Below are positions 47,201 through 59,200 of a stretch of DNA of 64,000 nucleotides, one piece after another. This DNA is from Pavona decussata (Eukaryota): assembly GCA_977016875.1 (NCBI GenBank), contig CDRNST010000060.1:6262001-6326000 (forward strand), in the 5' to 3' direction. Made by a program: the position numbers and the translations under genes. Below the pieces are notes generated by a model. It made no database searches and had not been told where the DNA came from. It saw only the letters and a program-made list of their open reading frames with translations. Each line of letters starts with the position of its first letter. The first letter of the stretch is position 1.

Positions 47201-50200
47201 TTTAAATCGCCAAGTTTAGGCCGTTTACCGTTTCTTTTTTTAATTGCAGACATTGTCGATATAAGAATGTGAGGTCAATTTTACGTTTGTAGTAATTTTT
47301 TAGACTTGTTTCCATAGTTTAGTTCTAGCTTATGATGTTTTTCATTTCCATTCAAATATTGTTGACGCATCGAGGGTCGGTAAATGCGCACTAAGAAGCT
47401 TTATTATTTGTATGAAAATGTTACCAAATAGATTCAAGGGCATAGGAAACACTATTGAAAATGTCTTAATAAATTTATCCTTGCTCACTTTTACGGTGTA
47501 TTAACTCACGTCCGTTTTTTTTTTCAAAGAATTTTACTGGCAATAACGACAGCAATGGGGTGCAACACCATGATGTTCCACTTCCTGTTTTGACGTCAGC
47601 TGTTATGTTGAGACCGCTGGAATGGAACAACAATGTGGGCCTGCGAATGGAGCTGTATGGATGTGACTCTGGTATGTGAACTGTGGTGTGATGGATAAAT
47701 AAATTAAGACATTTATTAACTGCACTCATAGAACGAAATGTTCAATGACGTTAATAAAGGCAACCCAAGTCCTATAAGTCCTAATAAATTTTTGAAGGTG
47801 TTATTAAGTATTTAAGAAAAACTCCGCTCACTGCATTGATGTATTCGAGTACATTTTTATTCTATAGATGATATGCTTGGTGATGTCTACTTAATTTTTC
47901 GAACGTGACATTCATAGTCTCCTGTCTCGATGTCTGATAAAAAAAAAATGCAACAATGTATTTGAATTTTTTTTTAAAGTTCGGTACCTCAAGGAAAATA
48001 CTATTTAAAGAAGGAGATTGGGTAAGATCACAAGGAGGACAAATCGGTGGCGCAGTATTGCCTGCAACTTTTTTAGATTGCGCTTTGCGTCGGCTCGAGT
48101 TTAAAAACTGTTGTCTGCAACGTTACGAAGTTGAACAACACAATACTCGTGCGTTGAGAAGTTGACGCATGCTATAGTTTTTGCACATGAGCCTTTAGAA
48201 TTTTTACATATCCTTCGAGATGGCTGTTGGTTGAAATGATTCATGTATTTATTGTTCATTATTCAATGCTTAGCTGTTCCTATCCACAGGTTACTTTTTC
48301 TTGGCCAAATTCATAATTTCTCAGGAGCATGCGCTGTTCACCTTGTCATTTCTGGATAAAGAAAACAAAGAATCTCGAGCTTGGGCAGTTGACACTATAA
48401 GTGAGGTGAGAAAAAGGTTCAAATCCCATTGAAAAGGCTTGATTTCTATAGCAAAAAGTAGTTATTAGTTAAGAAGACCCCTTTCTGTCTCTCGTGAGGT
48501 ATGTATTTAATTTTACAAACAACTGACGCTCGGGATGTTTAGGATAATAGCTTCACCTGTTGATATAGGGGCACTCACAAACAAGCGGTCCTTATTGTAA
48601 AACGTTTACTGAGGGGTGCTTATGAGGGGAAGAACCCAAGGAAAGAGAGGTTCTTATAAGACTGGGTCCACTATTTGGAGGAGGTCGCTAGCTGCAATTC
48701 TGCCAAACAATTTTAGATTGTTAAAAGAGCGGGTAACTTTATCCAGTGGATAAATCGGTCGGTGTCCAGCGAGTAAAATGTACTCCAGCAAATACACTGA
48801 CACTTTATTTACTGGATCAAATTACCCAGTCTTTGAACAACTGGAGCTAGGGATCTTTTTAACTTTGTTACATTCTGAACACCGATATCCCTTTCTTTTG
48901 CAGATTAAGCATATCGTCCAATATATCCCAGGCTTTCTTAAGGTCAAATTTCGACGTTTCCGGTACGTAAAACAGCAAAATTTTCCCTATTAAATTTAAC
49001 ATTCTTGCTAACGAATGGTACAGTGCACTAACACGGAGTGAAGATATATGACTAGTTCACTTGCCGATTGAGTTCCGATGGCTTCATAGTGCTTTTCAAT
49101 TTGTCTTAGGGAATGATCTATCTTTTGTAAGTGTTCCTCAAGATATAACATTAATAAGTTGACAAGGTTACCTAAAATGCTATGATCGACGCATAATTCA
49201 AACAACGTGAAAATACTTAGGAACTGCGAGCTCCGCACTTCCCGGTGGTATGCACGATATTAAAAATGTATCTTTCAATATCTTTTAAAGAATGCACTAA
49301 CATACTGTTTTTCGTATTTTGTGTTAGACTGAGTACTGATTTGGGGCCACCATTGGTATCTGCTGAAGTTGAGATGCATTGCATCAGGGAAGCTGCCCAC
49401 TTCATTGCGGACTTTTTGGCTAAATCTATTGGGCCTGAGAAAAGCATGTTTGCGTCAAAGATTGCTTACGTTCTTCCTGGTAAGTGAGATAAAACTAATG
49501 TTTCAGTGTCCAGTTATTTGGATTTGGACACTCAAAAGGGGAAAAGTAAGAGATAACACGGAAATAGCTTTGGTAAGGTGTTTTTCTCATTACGTCAGTT
49601 CCTGAATGCCTTCTGGGTTCTCAGCATCCTCTTTGAGGGAAATGGAAATACTTTTAATTAGACGTTTTAAGAATACTTAGGAAAAGAGAGAGAATCGAGT
49701 GGTTCTAGACGTTTAAAATAAAAAAGGAAACAAACAAAGAACAAAACAGGAAAAAAAATCAACAATCTAACCAAAAACAAACGAAAAAATTATTTGCCTT
49801 CTGTTTGCAGTGAACTCCAGTTGTCCTTTTCCAGAAGTTGCCATCAACCTTAACGAAACCATAACTACAGCTACCGAGGTGTTAACGACATCAACATTGA
49901 CCCTCCGTGCAAGCATAACTTTCTGCAAGTCACCTATCAAGATGATAAAATCTTCGTTATGGGAGTTCATGATTATCGACAAATCCTCTGTGATGCCTGC
50001 ATTTCTAATAATCCGTAATCGCACTGAACATGTGCTGGACCCTCGGTTTTGCACGGATTGTTACCCTGTTTACATGCTGGTACGGTTTACAGTCAGATTA
50101 AAGCATCTCGAAGGAAACACTCTAGAGAGCGTCGGAATTCTGAAAATCAGCCAACCAGCTCTAGTGGCGAAGATAAGAGGCCCAAGGGAGCAAACCAAAG

Positions 50201-53200
50201 GCATCGGTGCCGAAATCGTATTAGATGCTAGTGATTCGCACGATCCCGATAACCGCAGCGAGGGGACTTTGCATTTTACCTGGTTATGCAAGCAGAAGGA
50301 CGCTGAAACAGTTTTTAAGGGAAAATGTCTTTACGGAAGGACAGAGGAGAACGGGAAGCTGTTAATTGTAAATGTAAACAGGCTGAAGTCCAGACACTAC
50401 TATGATTTCAAGCTGATTGTGTCAAAACGAAAACGGACAACTTCTGTGATTCATGAATTAAAAGTTCATCCTTCAGTTCATTTCACTTTCAGGTAAACAA
50501 GAAATAACTTCTCTTTTTGAAGCGACAGTTGAGAAAGGGACGATAAATTCAATTCAGAGCGGAGTTTTAGACACTATTAGTCAACTCATTTAAGGAACTG
50601 ACTGGGATGAGATTGAAAGCCTTAAAATATTTTTAGGTGGTTCTACAGTTTAAAATGAGGTTTTGCGGTTAAAGAGTTGTTTTATATGTGCCCTTCTTCC
50701 TGAGTTATATTAAGTTGGAAAGGGTTAAAAAAGAGATGGGACCTATAGGTGTTTTATTTTCGTTTCTGTTTATGAACGTTTATTCTCCAGTGGGGTAGTG
50801 ACAGGGCTTATTTTAATGCTAGGGAAATAAGTTATGGAGGTAATTGAGTTTAAAATTGGCAGGAGGGAGACTAAACAGAATATTTCTGGGATATTTTTAC
50901 CTGCAGGTGTAATGGAAATTGCGGGGAAAAAGTTGTTCAGTCCAAACGCATGAGACTTATCCCCGAATGTGACGGAAAACTTTGCAGTGACGTCAAGACG
51001 ACTACATGGAGTATTCACGCGCACGAGGGATCTGGTGAAATAAAAATTGCACACAAGAAACTTCCCGGGCTGAGTTCACCACCAAGCCGTTTTGTTATAC
51101 ATAGTCTCAACTCGCACAGTACTAGTACCAAGACAAGAGATCCCATGTATACACTAAAAGCATTAATTGAAATTCAAGTGCAAAAGGATGTCATTGAGGA
51201 AGACTATAGCCAGGAAATTCGCCTTAACTCTGTGCCTTTCACGACAGGTGACAACAGCAACTGTTTTGTTCAACCATATGAAGGTTATGCCGTTGAAACT
51301 ACTTTTAACATCACTTGTGTGGGCTGGCAAGACGAAGACAAACCATTAAAATATGAATTTCGTTATAACACCATCGCAGGCTTAGTGATAAACAATCCAA
51401 AGAAGGGAGCTGGATTTAACACCTTGTTGACAAAACTTCCAATTGGGGATAGATTTCAAAATTTCCAATTTCCAGTCGATATATACATCAAGGATGCGCT
51501 TGGAGATTTTGCTTTCAAAAGGATTAACGTTAAGGTAGGAATAGTTGATTACATTTTACATTCTCTCACCATTGATATTAGCTTTTCTGGATAAATTGGT
51601 GTCAAATTAAAATTGAAGGCGACGTGGCGTGACTGTAGTAGGTGGTTGACTCGTCAGACCTTCAGTGAGATCACTATTCGTTGTAAGCCACTCTCCGCTT
51701 AGAGTTGTTGAACTGCACAGCAGTTAACAAAATTTGCTTCAACGCTAGCTGACTTGTTAATAAAAACTTGACAAAGTAATGAATGTAACCACTTGGAGTA
51801 ATAAGAAACCCTCTAGACTTAATATTATTAAAGAAGCTGTGCTATACGTTTTCTGCAGTACGGTCTCACAGAGATGGGGCCATAATGAAGGCAGGCGTCA
51901 ATCTTATATATTGTTTCGTATTTATTTCACGCTTCTCTCGTGTTTTTAGGTGAAGGACAAGTACTCTGCAGATATCAACAAAACAGTGTACAGGATTGCC
52001 AACAACCAGCGAAACAAAATCAACGTTTTTGTAGAGGAGAAAAAATACGCCGAGGCGTGTGACTTGGCTATCTCTGTTCTTTCCCTTGTGGAGCAAAGAA
52101 AACGACCAGGCCAGACAGAGGTTAGTATTTACAAGATCATCTCCAAAATTCAATCTAGTATAGTTGATGTGTTTACCGAACATAATACGTGTAAGAAGGA
52201 TTCGGGCTTATATTGCGTGCTACACTTTTGCCATTTGACAAAGTTGAAGTTTTCTTTGAGGTTCTGGAAATCCTCCTGAGAACTTCCTGGATGGCTTCCG
52301 TTTTGAGTTACCAATGAATGGCAAGAACGACTAAAAAGGCCTTGTTATTTATAACGTCCGTGCTTTCGACTCAAGTCCAAATAATTTTACACTTTAACAA
52401 TCCAAGAAGCACTTAAAAATAATTAAAGAATTGTCATGCACAGACGTCGGTCACGTGAAAAATACGTATAAGTTTTTCTCGATTTTTTTCGATTCTCTTC
52501 CTTCCTTTGTACCTTTCCTTTCTACCTGAGAGCCTAATTACCTACCTTCCTCCTTTGGTTCATTCCTCTCTCAATCCTTCCCACCCTTTCTTCCTTCATT
52601 GTTCTTTCCTATTTAATCAGAGAACAAACAGCAACAAAGAGCCTCATTCGAACCTGTATGTGCATTAGATTTAAACCTTATTGCCTAGATAACTGTTTCT
52701 TGTTTTCTTGCTTTCAGGAAGGAAATGGAAAGGAGAAACTTAAAATTTCAAAGGATGAAGCTAGAAGGGTCAGGATATTTGAAATTGGTATTTCATGCTG
52801 ATGAATTTTCTTTTTCACGAATCTTACCTTATTTCCTTTTACATAATGAGCTTGTTTGATATTCCCAGATAAAAAACAACATCATCAAACAAATGGTAAC
52901 TGTGAAAATTAACAGTAAGGAGCTTATATCAAAAGTGAGCACGGTTATAGCCATGGCAACCACAGAGAAGGACGAAATATCTCAGGAATCGCAGGTAAAC
53001 GTTTTTAATGCTTTAAGAAAATCGTGGTACTAGTTAAGAATGATAGCTGCTTTCTCAGTTTGTTTTTTGCAGTAATCAGCCAGTTATCACACCATTCATT
53101 GCAAGACTTTCCAAATCATTGCTACTTTCTACCAGCCTCAAAATGTGACAAGTAACAGCTGTGTTTAGCCTCCCGTCTAATAAAGACTTGCCTTTAGAGG

Positions 53201-56200
53201 GCACATACTTTAATGAGCCAAACAAACTTCCTTCAAATTTTTAAGATTCTGGTGAGCGCTGAAGTACACAATAACAATAAAAAAAAGTGGGAAGCCTCTG
53301 TTTAAAGGAGGCCAAATAAGGCCGTTTCTTTTGTGTCCTAAGAATGAAATATAATGATTCCTTTCATCTGATAATAAATCATATAAGAAGAAATATCAAC
53401 GCCTTATTTTTCACATACACTGCGTGTGACGAGCTGCGGCCTGAAATCTAACTGTATACCTTACCTTACCTTACAGTAGCTAATTTCCACACATTCTAGG
53501 TATCGATATCGTTTGCCAGGATAATGCTAATTGTTTTTCAACATCTTATGACAACCAAGAAAACGAATTGAATGTTCACATTTAATGTTCACATCTTCGC
53601 CCGACATCCCCCTAATTTAATATAATGTCATTTTGAATGTAGGAGAAAGCTTTGCGGCTACTGGATGAAGCAACAGAGTTTCTCTCCAAACTTATAGCTA
53701 ACAGCACTGAAGACACGGACACCCTGACAAAAGATGTCAGTAAGAATATACTGCTTGGCCTGGGAAATATTCTTAGGATCTCTTCGGAGGACGCTAGCAT
53801 TCTTTTGGGGCAGACAAACAATTTTAAGAAAAAGGTACTACAAATACTAAAGGCTACTTAATACTCCTGATGTGCATGCTGTTACTTTTTTGGAGGAATT
53901 CGTGCAGCGATTTCAAACTTATTACTAGAATCATATACATAATTTACTACCACATCAACGCTTGACAGAAAATTTCATTTTTGATTCTTTAATTTCCAAC
54001 AAGTCAGACGGCTTAGTATTGGCGTTAACGAAATCCTGAATTTATTTTGGTTTAAACTACTTCGCAGTAAGATCCCATATTTCTGTGCAAATATTGAAAA
54101 AAAGAAATATCACCCATAATTTTATTTATTTATTGCAGGGCCCCACTGAAAACCACTCTCAGTGGCGTGGGCTTCCTGTTGAATATCTTCATTTTAGAAC
54201 GTCCTGTTAAAGTGCTTCCATTACAACGGTCAAACTTAAAAATTCATCCACAAATTAAAAGCATGCATGTACTGCGCATAGTACACAGGACCTCAGTGAA
54301 GAAATACTTATAAGCTTTAATTTCAATGACACGCTAGATCCATCTCATGCAGTAGAATAGACAGTAATATTCGACTCTGAGAAAGAAAGGATTAATAACG
54401 TGTACGTTTTTAAAAGGAATTTGAAAAAAAACAACAACAACAACAACAAAAAAAAAAAACCAAACAAAACAAAACAAAAGCAAAAACAAAAACTTGCACT
54501 CCACTCGATTTCATTGTATTAATTCATTTTCCATTGTTATATGTATGTATATAGTGGTTTCTGCAAGACGATATTATGCAACATCTCCAGTCCTTCGAAT
54601 TGTTATCTTCTTTTAATTCTGTAAGTCAAACTGTAATGTTGTTCCCCAAAACACTGTGGACATAAAATTCAAGATACCCGTGCAAATAGAGAACGACGTT
54701 TTTCGTTTATAAAACATGTCTCGACATTTTCAAATACCATCGTTAGTTCCGAGGAGTACAGTAAAACTCTGCTTATATATCTGAGAGAGTGAACTAACAT
54801 TAAATACTTATGTGAGAATACAATGTGTAACTTAATAACTGATAGATTTGCCGCCTCGATGGTGTCTCCCTCTCATGCAGGCCTTGACTGGCTCATGTTG
54901 AGATGGCGGTGAATAAAGAAAATTCACATACACCCTTCTATATGAATTATTAAATTTCAGGAAAGGCTGCGGACGAATCTTGTGATCAAATTTCTTTTCA
55001 CCAATGCCTGTTCATTAACTTATCGAGACGTTGAAATCATGGAATAAATATATTATACAGTATATTAGCCGTCGAATTACGCCAGTTCTGATATTGGCTA
55101 TAAAAGTTATTGTCGTTATAATTATAACCCTTTTCTATCCTTCCAGAGCAAAGAAATTGCCCAAACAGCGCTCAAAACGATATGGAAACTTCGAGACTCT
55201 ATCGTTGTCAACAAGGCTGACGATGAGCCCGTGGTCATCACCAGTGATTTTTTATCCATGGTTCTGTTCAGGCAGACTAATATCAAAACGATTAAAGTTG
55301 ACAAAACCTCCTTCACCTTACCGTCATATGGAAGCCTGTTCAGTGAACTTGGAATAAACGAAACTGATACCACTACCAAGGTCGTTTTATTCAAGAACAA
55401 TCCTTACACGTGGCACAAGAGTGCATCAAGAGGTAAAAGTTTTAACTGCTGATGCCTAAAGAGGTGCAGAGTCAACTTTTGTTCTTTCCTTTCAAAGTGG
55501 TGAAGAAATATGTTAAAAATATCCCTTAACTGTTTTGCAATAGTCCCTGTTTTCCAAGTTTTGATTGCGCAAGGGTTTGCATAAGTAATCAAGTAATCAA
55601 GGCCCGGTCTCGACGACAAACCTCTTATGCAGCTTACCTCATGAATTTTAATGACATTATTTTATAATTAAAATAATGATAATAATGTTGTTTAATATCT
55701 CTGGTACACAAATTAACATGTGTAAATATTATCAAATGTGCTGTACAATGATGATGGTGATTAAAATAAGTAACGTCACTGAGATTAATGTGATAACAGC
55801 TGGCAATGGCATTCTCGGATGAGCAACGTATGACAGTTGTCTTTACTTATTATAATCAAATTCTGTCTTTACTTCTTAGTTAGGTCATGGGTAATCGACG
55901 TGGTGCTACAAAAAGAAGACAAAACAAACTTGAACATCTCTGGACTAAAAGAACCAGTTCAACTGTATATTCCCCAGCATCCTGGTGATCGTGCTTCACC
56001 TGGTGCTGTCAGGAGGAACACCGATCAATACTTTGTCAAACCAAGCTATGACCTAAACGACACCTCTCTCATACAGTATCATAAAATAAACCTTACTCAC
56101 GATCGAGATGTAGTGTTTGTCCAACTAGTCCCCGAAATATCGACGTTTACACCACTACGCGTTTATGTGAGCTATTCAGATCTCCCTACGCCCATTTTTT

Positions 56201-59200
56201 ACCATTTTTCCACCATGATACCAAGGTGCGAAAACCTTGAAAATAAGATGGTAGAGGTGAATTGTACCAAAGATTCTAAAAAGTACGTGTTTTCATTCAC
56301 TGCTTCTAATACCGGACACGTTGGACCACATTACATTGGCATACATTATTACGTTCAGAGAGCCTATGACGTTGGCAATGATGATGTCACCGCCAAGGCG
56401 CGGATAAAGAGATCCTGTGGGGATGGTAGTAGAAGGAAGAAACGTTCTTGCGTTGGCGTAAAATCTCCTCCCCTTCCGCCTACGTCGACCTCTATTGCAG
56501 TGCAGGCACCATACAATGCTAGCACTGATTTGAAATACAATCTGTCTATGAACATCGGAAGCTGCTTATACTGGTCTGAAGACAGAGAAGAATGGACGAA
56601 TGAGGGATGCAATGTAAGACTCACTTTTACTCGCCACTTCTATTGTTATGTTTGTCTTTGTGTCCGTGATGTGAGGTTAGGTTTAATACTCAGTTCAGTA
56701 TATATTATGTTATCCAGTGCGTGTGTCCAAATTTATTTCCGCTGTGGCGAGAACGTCCGCTAAAGTTCATTAGAATTGTGGACCTTGCAATTTGATCCGG
56801 GATCTGAGAGGCACAGATTTGTCAGTCATAACAGCCAAAGTTGAATTTTTAAAACTGTTAGACGTGATTTTGGCTAGCATGAACGCCTACCTTCACGTTC
56901 TACGAAACCGGCTCCTAAAGGTATGCCATGGAACAAGTTTTGAAAAGAGTGTAATATCGTAACGATTTCTGTGTTGGGACGTCATAATGAACAGAAAATA
57001 TTCTACAACGCCAAAAAAATTGGACGGAGGTTGAACAGAGCTTTTGAAACTCATCAAAGTCCTCCGCAAAAGCCGCTTGGATGAGTTCTGAAAGCTCTGT
57101 ATAACTTTCTTTCAAATGTTTTGGGGTTGAAGAGTATTTTCTGTTGAACTTTTCGAGCTTTTGCCGGTGTTCATTTGTGCTCTTCAAAGTGAGAGAAAAA
57201 TGGTTAACGTGCCTCTTTTTCTTGCAGGTTACCTCAGACGTTGTTTCTGGGAACATCCATTGCCTTTGCAACCATTTATCTGCATTTGGTGGAGATTTCT
57301 TCGTGGCACCAAACGAAATAAACTTCAGAAAGGTTTTCAGTAATTTTCCCGACATCGGAAAAACTAAAAACATTGTTGTCTTGACAACAGTGTGCACCAT
57401 GCTTCTGCTGTACTTCATCGGCCTTATATTTACTAGACGAGCGGACAAACGAGATAAACAGAAGGTCAGTGAGCATCGGTAACCTCTTCGTATTAAGTGT
57501 TTTGGTTTGTTATTTTTCACCAGCCCGAAAACGCTTTTGCGGGTACAGCAGACAGTGTAAGACAATAGCCAAGTTGCTCCGGACGGTAGCGCTTTGAGGG
57601 TCACACTTGCGAAACAATTGTTGTGTGACGTACAACGTGCGTGAGGGTTGTACAAAGGATGTTATTGTTTTAAGTGTATTTTTGGCTGGTGATAGAAGCC
57701 TTCTATCTGACCAACTTGTACTGAAAAATCTCTCCCATTAGGATTTTGCTGAATATTTTGGTTCGATTAAATCTTTCATGTTTCTTTTCAGCTGTTTGGG
57801 TTCGATTCACCTCTGCAAATAACCTTTGACATACATTATTATATTTAATGTTTCAGACAATACCAAATGTCTACCTTCCCGATGGCGAGGAACATGGAGC
57901 TCACCACTATCACATTTCCGTTGCCACGGGCATGTGGATGGGAAGTGGGACAACAGCAAATGTTGGGATTGTAATCTACGGCGAAGATTGCTACAGCGAC
58001 CGAATTATCCTTAGCGACTTGGCAGCAAATAAAGCGTTTTTTGCACGGGCAAGTGTCAACACCTTTACCGTATCCTTGCCTAGGAACCTGGGGCCATTGT
58101 ACAAGATTCGAATGTGGCATGACAACAAGGGTGATAGTCCTGGATGGTTTCTTCTGGATGTCGTGATAACAGAATTAGAATCACAACAAAAATGGTATTT
58201 TATTGCAAACAGGTGGCTTGCAGTCGAAAAAGGGAGTGGAGAAGTTGATATCCAGCTAAATGCTTCGAATAAACAGGAAGCATCGAAGTTTAAAAATCTC
58301 TTCTTTTCCAGGGCTTCAAAACAATTGGCTGATGGACATTTGTGGATTTCTGTCCTTGCCAGACCGCCCCAAAGCTCGTTTACAAGAACACAGCGACTTT
58401 CTTGCTGTATGTCGGTGTTTTTTTCTGCTATGATTACAAACGCTATGTTCTACGACTTTGGCGAGGAAGTTAAAGATACTTTTCAAGTTGGCCCACTGAC
58501 GGTGAGTTGGACGCAAGTGAAAATAGGTATTCAAAGTGCCTTGATAGCTTTGCCCGTGAATGCAGTCATAGTTGCTCTTTTTCGAAATGTGAAATTAAAG
58601 AGACAGCAATGCAAAGGAAGTAATGAACCTGAGGGAGTAAATTTACCAAATGGTCTCCCTCATTATGTTATCTGCATAGCTTGGTTTCTTTGTATTCTGA
58701 CAATTCTGTCTTCAGCATTTTTTACCGTGTTCTATAGCATATTCTGGGGAGCAGAAAAATCCAACGAATGGCTCACTTCCATCCTCGTTTCACTCATCCA
58801 AGATATTATCATCGCACAACCCATTCAAGTTTTGCTTATAGCTTCTTTGCTGTCAATCTTGGTAAGAAAACCAATCAAGCACGACCTTGTGCACGGGCTG
58901 CCGCACCAAAAGAACCACTGCGAGAACGATTCCAAAGTAGAGCCACCAGAGGAGGAGGAGTTGAAAAAATCTAGAACATTCTGGGTCAAGTTTCGAAAGA
59001 TGTTCCGATCGGTCGTGGAAATAATTTTCTTTGTGATATTTGTTATCCTGCTGTTTGTGGTTTGCTATGGAAACAGGGGTACATCAAGATATGACCTGAC
59101 TAAATCACTGAAGGATATTTTTGTTACGTTTGACAAGGTAAGTATGATGCAATCTGGGATAAAATCAAAACGCACACAAAACGATCTGTCGAATAAGTCT

